The position numbers were made by a program, and so were the translations under genes. This document shows positions 56,942 through 64,000 of a DNA stretch of 64,000 nucleotides, in pieces (the stretch's first letter is position 1; the number at the start of each line of letters is the position of its first letter). The DNA is from Gemmatimonadota bacterium (GTDB taxonomy: Bacteria > Gemmatimonadota > Gemmatimonadetes > Gemmatimonadales > GWC2-71-9). Where the stretch lies: NCBI GenBank assembly GCA_039587215.1, contig JBDHIW010000001.1:2371-66370 (forward strand). The letters run 5' to 3'. The notes under the pieces were generated by a model. The model was given only the letters and a program-made list of their open reading frames with translations. It searched no databases and was not told where the DNA came from.

Positions 56942-58222
56942 ATGCGTGGAAAGCACGTGTTGCTTGTCTTGTTTGCCGTCACGGTTGCCGTGGCCCCGGC
57001 AGGGGCGCAGGAACCCGCGGACTCACTGGTTGCCGAACTCGCACGCCTCAGGGCGCGCCTCGATTCGCTCGAGCAGCTGATCGACCGGCTCTCGCGGGAG
57101 GGCCGGGACACCACCGGCACCGGGGGTGAACTCGCCGCACTCCGCGCGGCCGCACAGCGGGCGGCGGCCGGTCAGGCGCCCCCAGCGCCCCAGGCGAGCC
57201 GCACCAGCAGCCTCTCGATCCTGAACCCCGAAATCAGCGTGACCGGCGACTTCGTCGGCGCCTACGTGGATCCTGCGGGAGAGTCCGGCGCCGCCTCGGC
57301 CACGCCCCGCGAGTTCGAGTTCTCCTTCCAGTCGGCGCTCGATCCCTACACGCGCACCAAGATCTTCCTGACGCGGGAGGCGGATTTCCCGATCGCCGGA
57401 GCGGAAGAAGAGGAGGAGGAAGAGGAGGAGCACGGCAGCGGCGTCGAGGTCGAAGAGGCCTACCTGTACTGGGTCGGCCTCCCCGGCGGGATCGGACTCA
57501 AACTCGGCAAGTTCCGGCAGGAGGTGGGTCTCTACAACCGGTGGCACACGCACGCGCTCTTCGAGGTCGAACGCCCGCTCGCCGTGCGGGAGCTTCTGGG
57601 TGAGGATGGCCTGATTCAGACGGGGGCCTCGGTGCAGCTGCCGGCCGTCCGCACCGGCCGCGGAACGCACACGCTGACGCTCGAGACGACCACGGCCTCG
57701 AACGAGGCCCTGTTCGACGCCAGCGGGCAGCTCAGCCACCTCGGGCGCTTCACGACCTTCTGGGACGCCGGGCGGAGCGTGTACTTCCAGCTCGGCGCCA
57801 CGGGCGTCATCGGGCGCAACACCGAGGCGGACTTCGTCTCGCGGCTCGTCGGGATCGACGCGCAGTTCCGCTGGGCGCCGCCCAACCGCCGGATGGATAC
57901 CGACCTGCAGCTCAAGGGCGAGTGGTACTTCGCCGAACGCGAGACCGCCGGCGTGCCCGTCCGCGCCAAGGGCGGGTACGGGCAGGCCAACTTCCGCTTC
58001 GCGCGGCAGTGGGTGATCGGGACGAGGGTGGACTGGGTGGATCCGTACGACCCCGCACCCAATCTCCTGCAGGTCGCTCCCAGCATCTCCTGGTGGCAGA
58101 GCGAGTGGGTGCGCCTGCGGCTGCAGTACATGGCTCTGAGGCCCGAGGGCGGCGCACTGAACCACACGCTGCTGTTCCAGGTCGTCTGGGCCATGGGACC
58201 GCACAAACATGAGACCTACTGA
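56942..58222 (+). CDS. Predicted outer-membrane beta-barrel/porin-like protein with N-terminal coiled coil and poly-Glu loop
   Basis: 426 aa. Signal peptide, then coiled coil LVAELARLRARLDSLEQLIDRL. LSILNPEISVTGDF opens the barrel. An EEEEEEEEEH loop, alternating beta-strand pattern and C-terminal His-rich end MGPHKHETY follow. It lies directly upstream of znuA/znuB-like genes. Confidence 0.7.
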   Translation: MRGKHVLLVLFAVTVAVAPAGAQEPADSLVAELARLRARLDSLEQLIDRLSREGRDTTGTGGELAALRAAAQRAAAGQAPPAPQASRTSSLSILNPEISVTGDFVGAYVDPAGESGAASATPREFEFSFQSALDPYTRTKIFLTREADFPIAGAEEEEEEEEEHGSGVEVEEAYLYWVGLPGGIGLKLGKFRQEVGLYNRWHTHALFEVERPLAVRELLGEDGLIQTGASVQLPAVRTGRGTHTLTLETTTASNEALFDASGQLSHLGRFTTFWDAGRSVYFQLGATGVIGRNTEADFVSRLVGIDAQFRWAPPNRRMDTDLQLKGEWYFAERETAGVPVRAKGGYGQANFRFARQWVIGTRVDWVDPYDPAPNLLQVAPSISWWQSEWVRLRLQYMALRPEGGALNHTLLFQVVWAMGPHKHETY

Positions 58223-58238
58223 CCTGGGGGGGGACCCG

Positions 58239-59294
58239 ATGCTCGCTCGGAACGTATCGTGGCGCCGCTGGGCGGCGGCCTTGGCGGTCGCCGTCGCCGG
58301 CCCCGCGCAGGCGCAGGACCGGCTGACGGTGGTGACGACGCTGCCGACGTTTGCGTCGATCGCTCGCGAGGTCACCGGCGATGCCGCCGACGTGAGCGCC
58401 ATCGCCCGTGGGGACGAGGATCCCCACTTCGTCACACCACGGCCCAGCTTCGCCGCCACCCTGCGGCGCGCCGATCTCTTCGTGACGACGGGGCTGGACC
58501 TCGAGCTCTGGGTACCGACGCTGCTCGACCGCGCCCATAACCGCCGGATCGTGGAGGGGGCTCCGGGCCATGTCGTGGCATACGCTGGCGTGCGGCTGCT
58601 CGACATACCGGCCAATGTGTCCCGCGTGGGCGGCGACGTGCACGCCTACGGCAACCCGCACATCCACACCGACCCGGTCAATGCCGTCATCGTGGCTCGC
58701 AACATCCTGGCGGGACTGGAGCGCATCGACCGGGGCCGCGCCGAGCTGTACCGCGAGAACACCGTCCGGTTCGAGGACCGCGTCATGCGCCGGCTGTTCG
58801 GCGACCAGCTCGTCGACATGCTCGGTGCGGACGCGCTGTTCGACCTCGCGCGGGGCGGGACCTTCTGGCAGTTCGCCGCGAGCAACGCGTTCGGTGGCCG
58901 CCCCCTGACCGAGTACGTCGGCGGATGGCTGGCCGCGGCACGGCCGTTCCGCGGGCGCGCCGTCGTCTGCTATCACAAGAATTGGGCGTACTTCAGCGCC
59001 CGTTTCGACGTTCCCTGCGCGATGTTCGTGGAGCCCAAGCCGGGCATTCCACCCTCGCCGGGGCACGTGCGCGACGTGATCGACTTCATTCGGACGAATC
59101 GGATCCCCGCGCTGCTCGCGGCGAACTACTTCGCCGCCTCCCGCGTGCGTCGCGTGGCCGACCGGGCCGAGACCGCCGCGGTCGTCGTGCCCGAACACGT
59201 CGAGGGCGCCGAGGGGGTCGACGACTACTTCACGCTGGTCGACACCTGGATCGACGGCCTCGCCGCCGCGTTTGCGGACGGGCGCTCGCGGTGA
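58239..59294 (+). CDS. Metal (Zn/Mn-type) ABC transporter substrate-binding protein, ZnuA/TroA family
   Basis: Start at MLARNVSWRRWAAALAVAVAGPAQA (track ORF starts at 58209). Family-typical segments are LTVVTTLPTFASIAREVTGD, DPHFVTPRPS, and GDVHAYGNPHIHTDP containing metal-ligand His residues. Confidence 0.8.
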   Translation: MLARNVSWRRWAAALAVAVAGPAQAQDRLTVVTTLPTFASIAREVTGDAADVSAIARGDEDPHFVTPRPSFAATLRRADLFVTTGLDLELWVPTLLDRAHNRRIVEGAPGHVVAYAGVRLLDIPANVSRVGGDVHAYGNPHIHTDPVNAVIVARNILAGLERIDRGRAELYRENTVRFEDRVMRRLFGDQLVDMLGADALFDLARGGTFWQFAASNAFGGRPLTEYVGGWLAAARPFRGRAVVCYHKNWAYFSARFDVPCAMFVEPKPGIPPSPGHVRDVIDFIRTNRIPALLAANYFAASRVRRVADRAETAAVVVPEHVEGAEGVDDYFTLVDTWIDGLAAAFADGRSR

Positions 59295-59338
59295 GAAGTT
59301 AGCGTGTCCTCGACGGGTGGTGTGCCGGGCATGACGAG

Positions 59339-60223
59339 GTGTGCGTGCTGGAGCTGATGTTCCCCGCCTTCGTGGCGGCCTTGATCCTCATCGGGATTCA
59401 CGGCTACCTCGGCATCCACATCATTGCCCGAGGGGTGATCTTCGTTGATTTGGCCCTCGCCCAGGTGGCGGCGATGGGATGGGCAATCGCCGAACTCGGG
59501 CTGGCCGGTTACCTGAGCGGTCTCACCGGTTTACCCGAGGACGTCGCGGGCTATCTGGTGGGTCTCGCCGCCACGTTCCTCGCCGCCGCGCTTTTCAGCG
59601 TTTCGCGCGTGGACTCCCACCGCATCCCCCAGGAAGCCATCATCGGCATTGTCTACGTGATGGCATCGGCCATGACGATTCTCCTGGCGGCGCAGGCGCC
59701 GCGGGGAGCCGAGCACGTCGAGCAGCTGCTGACCGGTACGCTCCTCTGGGTCACGTGGCCCACGATCGTCAAGACCGCCGTGATTTACACCCTCCTCGGA
59801 GCGATTCACTGGTTCTTTCGCGAGCGGTTCCTGCTCATCTCGATGCATCCCGAGGACGCCGCAGCCCAGGGCGTCCCCATCCAGCGGTGGGACTTCGCGT
59901 TCTACGCCCTGTTCGGCGTCGTCGTAACGTCATCCGTGGCCATCGCCGGGGTATTGCTGGTCTTCAGCTTCCTCGTCGTGCCGGCCGTGATCGCCTTTCT
60001 GTTCGCCGAACGGCCCGGCCCCCTCACGGCCATCGCGTGGTCGACCGGGACGGGGGCGACCGTCCTCGGCCTCGTCGTGTCCTACCAAACCGACCTGCCG
60101 ACGGGGCCCGTCGTCGTCGTGGCCTTCGGCTTCGTGCTGGCGGTCGCGTTCCTGGTGCGCTGGATCCAGCGAACCGTTCGCCGGCGGCGAGCCGCTCCGG
60201 GCGCGGACGCGGCCGCTCTCTGA
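59339..60223 (+). CDS. Metal ABC transporter permease, ZnuB/TroC family
   Basis: 294 aa from GTG 59339 (alternative ATG 59357), with 8-9 TM helices. FVDLALAQVAAMG and LVFSFLVVPAVIA are typical of the ABC-3 permease family. Confidence 0.8.
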   Translation: MCVLELMFPAFVAALILIGIHGYLGIHIIARGVIFVDLALAQVAAMGWAIAELGLAGYLSGLTGLPEDVAGYLVGLAATFLAAALFSVSRVDSHRIPQEAIIGIVYVMASAMTILLAAQAPRGAEHVEQLLTGTLLWVTWPTIVKTAVIYTLLGAIHWFFRERFLLISMHPEDAAAQGVPIQRWDFAFYALFGVVVTSSVAIAGVLLVFSFLVVPAVIAFLFAERPGPLTAIAWSTGTGATVLGLVVSYQTDLPTGPVVVVAFGFVLAVAFLVRWIQRTVRRRRAAPGADAAAL

Positions 60224-60344
60224 AGCCAATGTGAAGACCCGTACGGAGGCGGTTTCCTCCCTCTCCGCGGGTTATCTTTGAGTACTTCGATCTTTCGACA
60301 TTCTGGCCGTCGCGCGGACTCTGCCGCGCCCCGGCCGTCTCCAC

Positions 60345-61976
60345 TTGGATGACGAGTACGCCATGACAGCGAGCAGTCAGGGACCGGCATCGGTCAGCGG
60401 TGCGCATCCCGTCGCCGACGGGATCGCGCCCCAGGGAACGGTCTACTGGAATCTTTCGCCGGCCGCCCTCTACGAGCACGCCATCCGGCGCAACGAGGGC
60501 CATGTGGCGGCCCGCGGCCCGTTCGCGGCCAATACCACCCCACATACGGGGCGTTCGCCAAAAGACAAGTTCGTTGTCCGCGAGCCCACGACCGAAGACG
60601 ACATCTGGTGGGGCAACGTCAATCAGCCCCTGGCGCCCGAGCAGTTCGCGCAGCTCCGTAACGACGTGCGCCAGTACCTGCAGGGACAGGGCGAGCTGTT
60701 CGTCAAAGACCTCTACGCCGGCGCGGATCCGGCCCATCGCGTGCGCGTTCGGTTCGTCACGACCAACGCATGGCACGCATTGTTCGTCCACAACATGTTC
60801 CTCCGTCCCCCGCCCGAAGACCTCGCGACGTTCGAGCCGGACTTCACGGTGCTCCACGCTCCCGAGATGCAGGCGGACCCCGAGAAGCACGGGACGCGCA
60901 CAGGGACGTTCGTGACGCTGAGTTTCGACCAGCACCTCGCCTGCATCGGCGGCACGCGCTATGCCGGCGAAATGAAGAAGTCGATGTTCACCGTTTTGAA
61001 CTTCCTCTACCCGCGCCGCGGCATCCTCTCGATGCACTGCTCCGCGAACGTGGGTGCGTCCGGCGACGTGGCCCTCTTCTTCGGTCTGTCGGGAACGGGC
61101 AAGACGACCCTGTCGGCCGATGCGGCGCGCGGCCTCATCGGCGACGACGAACACGGGTGGAGCGACGACGGGATCTTCAATTTCGAGGGCGGGTGCTACG
61201 CCAAGGTCATCCGCCTTCCCCCGTCGGGCGAGCCCGAGATCTACGCGACGACCCGAATGTTCGGCACCATCCTCGAGAACGTCGTCTTGGACCCCGACAC
61301 ACGGATCATCGACCTCGACAACGACAGCATCACCGAGAATACCCGCGCCTCGTATCCCATCGACTACATCCCGAACCATGTCGTCGAGGGCCGGGCCGGA
61401 CACCCGCAGAACGTCGTGTTCCTCACCGCGGACGCCTTCGGCGTGCTGCCGCCCGTCGCCAAGCTCACCCCCGAGCAGGCCATGTACCATTTCCTGTCCG
61501 GGTACACCGCCAAGGTGGCGGGGACGGAACGCGGCGTCACCGAGCCGCAGGCGACGTTCAGCACCTGCTTCGGCGCGCCGTTCCTTCCCCTTCGGCCGGG
61601 CGTGTACGCCAAGATGCTGGGTGAAAAGCTGGCCGCGCACGGTGCGCAGTGCTGGCTCATCAACACGGGCTGGACGGGCGGACCGCACGGTGAGGGATCG
61701 CGGATGGACCTTGGTCACACGCGCGCCATGGTCACGGCCGTGCTCGACGGCAGTCTCGACGACGTGCCGACACGCCGGGATCCGGTGTTCGGCGTCGAGG
61801 TCCCCACCGCCGTCCCGGGCGTCCCGTCGAACGTCCTCGACCCCCGCTCGACGTGGAGCGACGGTGCGCGATACGACGCAGCCGCGGCGAAGCTCGCCGG
61901 GATGTTCCGCGAGAACTTCACCACGTTCGAGACCGAAGTGCCCGACGGGGTGACGAGGGCGGGACCGCAAGGCTGA
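60345..61976 (+). CDS. pckA: Phosphoenolpyruvate carboxykinase (ATP)
   Basis: 543 aa (alternative start ATG 60363). Motifs [22 protein letters not shown] (kinase-1a), GDDEHGW and INTGWTGG. Confidence 0.93.
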   Translation: MDDEYAMTASSQGPASVSGAHPVADGIAPQGTVYWNLSPAALYEHAIRRNEGHVAARGPFAANTTPHTGRSPKDKFVVREPTTEDDIWWGNVNQPLAPEQFAQLRNDVRQYLQGQGELFVKDLYAGADPAHRVRVRFVTTNAWHALFVHNMFLRPPPEDLATFEPDFTVLHAPEMQADPEKHGTRTGTFVTLSFDQHLACIGGTRYAGEMKKSMFTVLNFLYPRRGILSMHCSANVGASGDVALFFGLSGTGKTTLSADAARGLIGDDEHGWSDDGIFNFEGGCYAKVIRLPPSGEPEIYATTRMFGTILENVVLDPDTRIIDLDNDSITENTRASYPIDYIPNHVVEGRAGHPQNVVFLTADAFGVLPPVAKLTPEQAMYHFLSGYTAKVAGTERGVTEPQATFSTCFGAPFLPLRPGVYAKMLGEKLAAHGAQCWLINTGWTGGPHGEGSRMDLGHTRAMVTAVLDGSLDDVPTRRDPVFGVEVPTAVPGVPSNVLDPRSTWSDGARYDAAAAKLAGMFRENFTTFETEVPDGVTRAGPQG

Positions 61977-61978
61977 CC

Positions 61979-63262
61979 GTGTCGAGGGCGGGCGCTTTCG
62001 AGGTCATTCGCGACCCGCTCTGGAACAACATCAGGGTGGACCGTGAGGCGCTGGCCGTCCTGGACAGCGGGCCATTCCAGCGCCTGCGCTTCATTCGCCA
62101 ACTCGGGCACGCGTTCCTCGTGTACCCGGGCGCGACGCACAGCCGCTTCGAGCACGCCCTCGGGACCTACCATCTCGCCCGGCGCGCCTTGGCGCTGTTC
62201 GCCGACCGCGGCGAGCTCGACGGCATCTCGTCCGACGAGCACGCGACCGTACGGCTCGCCGCACTGCTGCACGACATCGGGCATTATCCATTTTCCCACG
62301 CACTGGAAGAGGCCGGCCTGGCCTCGCACGAGCAGCTTGCGCTCGAACATTTCACGCGACCGGAGCTGCACGAGGCCCTCGCACAGACGGGCATCCCCGA
62401 TCTGCACGAGCGGCTCGGCACGCTGATCGGAGGACGGAGCGCCAGTCCGCTACAGGGGCTCGTCTCGGGCTCGCTCGATCTGGACAAGATCGAGTACCTG
62501 ACACGCGACGCGAGGATGTGCGGCGTGCCCTACGGCACCGTCGACGTCGACCGATTGCTGAACTCCCTGACGATCGTCACCACGCCGGACGGCAAACAGC
62601 GCGTGGGGGTGCACGCCAAGGGGCTCAGCGCCCTGGAGTCACTGCTGTTCGCCAAGTACCAGATGTACCGGAACGTGTACTGGCACCACGCGGTCCGCAG
62701 CGCGACGGCGATGTTCAAGCGGCTCGTCCGTACGGCGATTGCCGACGGCACGGTCGATCCGTCGTGGATCCCCTTCACGACGGATGAGCAGCTGATGGAG
62801 CGGCTCCGTACACCCGACGAGCCCGCGCTCGCCGGACGGCTGCGGCGGCGCCAACTCTTCAAGCGAGCGCTCGACATCCCTGCCGAGGATCTCCCGGCGG
62901 ATGCTGGAGACTGGATTGCGGCCGACCCCGATCTCGTGGCGTCGGTCGAGGACGAACTGGCGGGACGCGTGGGACTCCAGCCCGGTCAGCTGCTCGTGGA
63001 CTACCCGGCCAAGCCGGCGATGCTCGCCGTCGATCTGCCGGTTCTGGCGCGCGACGGGTCCGTCGAACGCCTGTCGGGAACGCGGGCCGCCTCGATGCTG
63101 GGCATCCAGCGGGTCGCCGATGAACTGCACACGCTCGCCCGCCGGCTTCGCGTTTTCGTCGCTGCCCCGGTCAGTCTTGCGGCAGAGGATGTCCTGGAAC
63201 TCGTGGCGCGGCCCGCCGAGGAACTCCGACGCCGGTTCGCTCCGGCCGGAATCGCGCGCTAG
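61979..63262 (+). CDS. HD-domain phosphohydrolase (SAMHD1/dNTP triphosphohydrolase-like family)
   Basis: GTG at 61979, 2 nt after the pckA stop. Motifs FQRLRFIRQLG, HSRFEHALGTYHLA, AALLHDIGHYPFSHALE and DLDKIEYLTRDA. Confidence 0.8.
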   Translation: MSRAGAFEVIRDPLWNNIRVDREALAVLDSGPFQRLRFIRQLGHAFLVYPGATHSRFEHALGTYHLARRALALFADRGELDGISSDEHATVRLAALLHDIGHYPFSHALEEAGLASHEQLALEHFTRPELHEALAQTGIPDLHERLGTLIGGRSASPLQGLVSGSLDLDKIEYLTRDARMCGVPYGTVDVDRLLNSLTIVTTPDGKQRVGVHAKGLSALESLLFAKYQMYRNVYWHHAVRSATAMFKRLVRTAIADGTVDPSWIPFTTDEQLMERLRTPDEPALAGRLRRRQLFKRALDIPAEDLPADAGDWIAADPDLVASVEDELAGRVGLQPGQLLVDYPAKPAMLAVDLPVLARDGSVERLSGTRAASMLGIQRVADELHTLARRLRVFVAAPVSLAAEDVLELVARPAEELRRRFAPAGIAR

Positions 63263-63459
63263 CGCGCGCCTGCCGCGCGGGACAGCAGCGCCCCGAGCTC
63301 CCGGTAATAGCGGGCGTCCTCCTCACGATCTTCCTGCTCCATCGCGAGGGCCGTACGCTCGAGCGCGTAGAGAATGGGAACGAGGTGCTCGGACGCGACC
63401 GACGCGAGCGGAGCGTCGTCGGGCGCCGACTCCGTCTCAGCCGGTCGGTTGGCCGCCAT
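63259..63459 (-). CDS. Small hypothetical protein downstream of the PP2C gene
   Basis: 66 aa. It overlaps the PP2C 3' end by 23 nt and the convergent HD gene by 4 nt (CTAG). GC3-rich codons, acidic/helical sequence. No family recognised, so this is a weak call. Confidence 0.35.
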   Translation of the reverse strand: MAANRPAETESAPDDAPLASVASEHLVPILYALERTALAMEQEDREEDARYYRELGALLSRAAGAR

Positions 63460-64000
63460 CGCTGACCTCGACGGTGTCGATGCGAACGACGATGACGGTC
63501 ACGTTGTCCAAACCGCCGCGGCGGTTTGCCTCGGCCACCAATGCATCGACCAGTGCACCCGGCGAGGGCTGAGCCACCATGATCGACAGCACTTCGTCGT
63601 CCTCGAGCATACCCGTGAGGCCATCGGACGCCAGGAGGAACACGTCCCCCTCATGCAGCGTCCCGATGTACGTGTCGGGAGCCACATCGGCGTTGGCGCC
63701 GACGCAGCGGGTGATCACGTTGCTGTACGGATGCGTGCGGGCCTGCTGGGGCGTGAGGTATCCCGCGTCCACCTGCTCCTGCACGTAGGAGTGGTCCTTC
63801 GTCAGCTGAAGCAGTTGGTCTTCCCGCAGCACGTACGCGCGGCTGTCACCAACCTGCCCGATGATGTAGTGGGGTCCGTTGACGATCATCGCGGTCGTCG
63901 TGGTCCCCATGCCGCGCTTCTCTTCTTCGACCAGCGTGCGGCGGAAGATCTCGCCGTTCGCCTCGATGATGGCGTCACGGATCACGACGGCTGCTTCATC
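63437..64000 (-). CDS. PP2C-family Ser/Thr protein phosphatase, C-terminal part (N-terminus beyond window)
   Basis: The frame stays open to position 64000. Motifs MGTTTTAMIV, IGQVGDSRAY, LLASDGLTGML and GGLDNVTVIVV are the classic PP2C motifs. Confidence 0.85.
   Translation of the reverse strand, partial: DEAAVVIRDAIIEANGEIFRRTLVEEEKRGMGTTTTAMIVNGPHYIIGQVGDSRAYVLREDQLLQLTKDHSYVQEQVDAGYLTPQQARTHPYSNVITRCVGANADVAPDTYIGTLHEGDVFLLASDGLTGMLEDDEVLSIMVAQPSPGALVDALVAEANRRGGLDNVTVIVVRIDTVEVSDGGQPTG

Noticed and set aside
57403-57430. A 28-nt homopurine tract encoding the Glu9 run, considered as a possible slipped-strand contingency repeat.
   Set aside because: The tract is an irregular mix of GAA and GAG codons rather than a perfect short tandem repeat. 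Slippage-based phase variation is therefore unlikely. It is kept only as a protein-level feature.
61979-63262. The SAMHD1-like HD phosphohydrolase, considered as an anti-phage dNTPase defence gene.
   Set aside because: It starts 2 nt after pckA in a housekeeping context, and there are no other defence or mobile genes nearby. Sequence alone cannot distinguish a defence role from a housekeeping dNTPase.

Overview
High-GC bacterial chromosomal segment, roughly 68-70% GC by eye. The gene content (TolC, SurA-PdxA, OM beta-barrels, BatA/DUF58, CBM9/DUF5916, DUF4384) points to a diderm, possibly Gemmatimonadota-like lineage; that placement is inference only. I call about 57 CDS, one tRNA-Ile(GAU), several intergenic hairpin terminators and a few candidate regulatory sites. 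I found no rRNA, CRISPR array, integrase, transposase or prophage. Most genes are housekeeping: gpmA, typA, lepA, mfd, surA-pdxA, ftsEX-envC, pckA, pcm, ppk1. They lie in very tight strings with many 4-nt start/stop overlaps. Many long ORFs in the track are antisense shadow ORFs or 5' over-extensions typical of high-GC DNA, so I re-picked starts by hand where neighbours, signal peptides or family N-termini allowed. Candidates worth follow-up, in order: (1) a three-gene polyphosphate-linked module at 8817-13966, made of a CotH-like secreted protein, a DUF4956 membrane protein, and a PPK1 with a ~384-aa N-terminal CYTH/VTC-like extension; (2) an orphan GHKL-ATPase plus STAS-like(DUF4325)/wHTH pair at 42118-43540, translationally coupled inside a sugar-kinase to cell-division gene string; (3) two DUF4384 paralogs, each preceded by a sigma-54-like -24/-12 element, one carrying a ~245-aa polycationic tail right after ppk1; (4) an OM barrel-ZnuA-ZnuB metal cluster with no ATPase; (5) a hyper-acidic 69-aa ORF after typA. 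All family assignments come from motif recognition by eye. No HMM, BLAST or structure search could be run, so they remain hypotheses.
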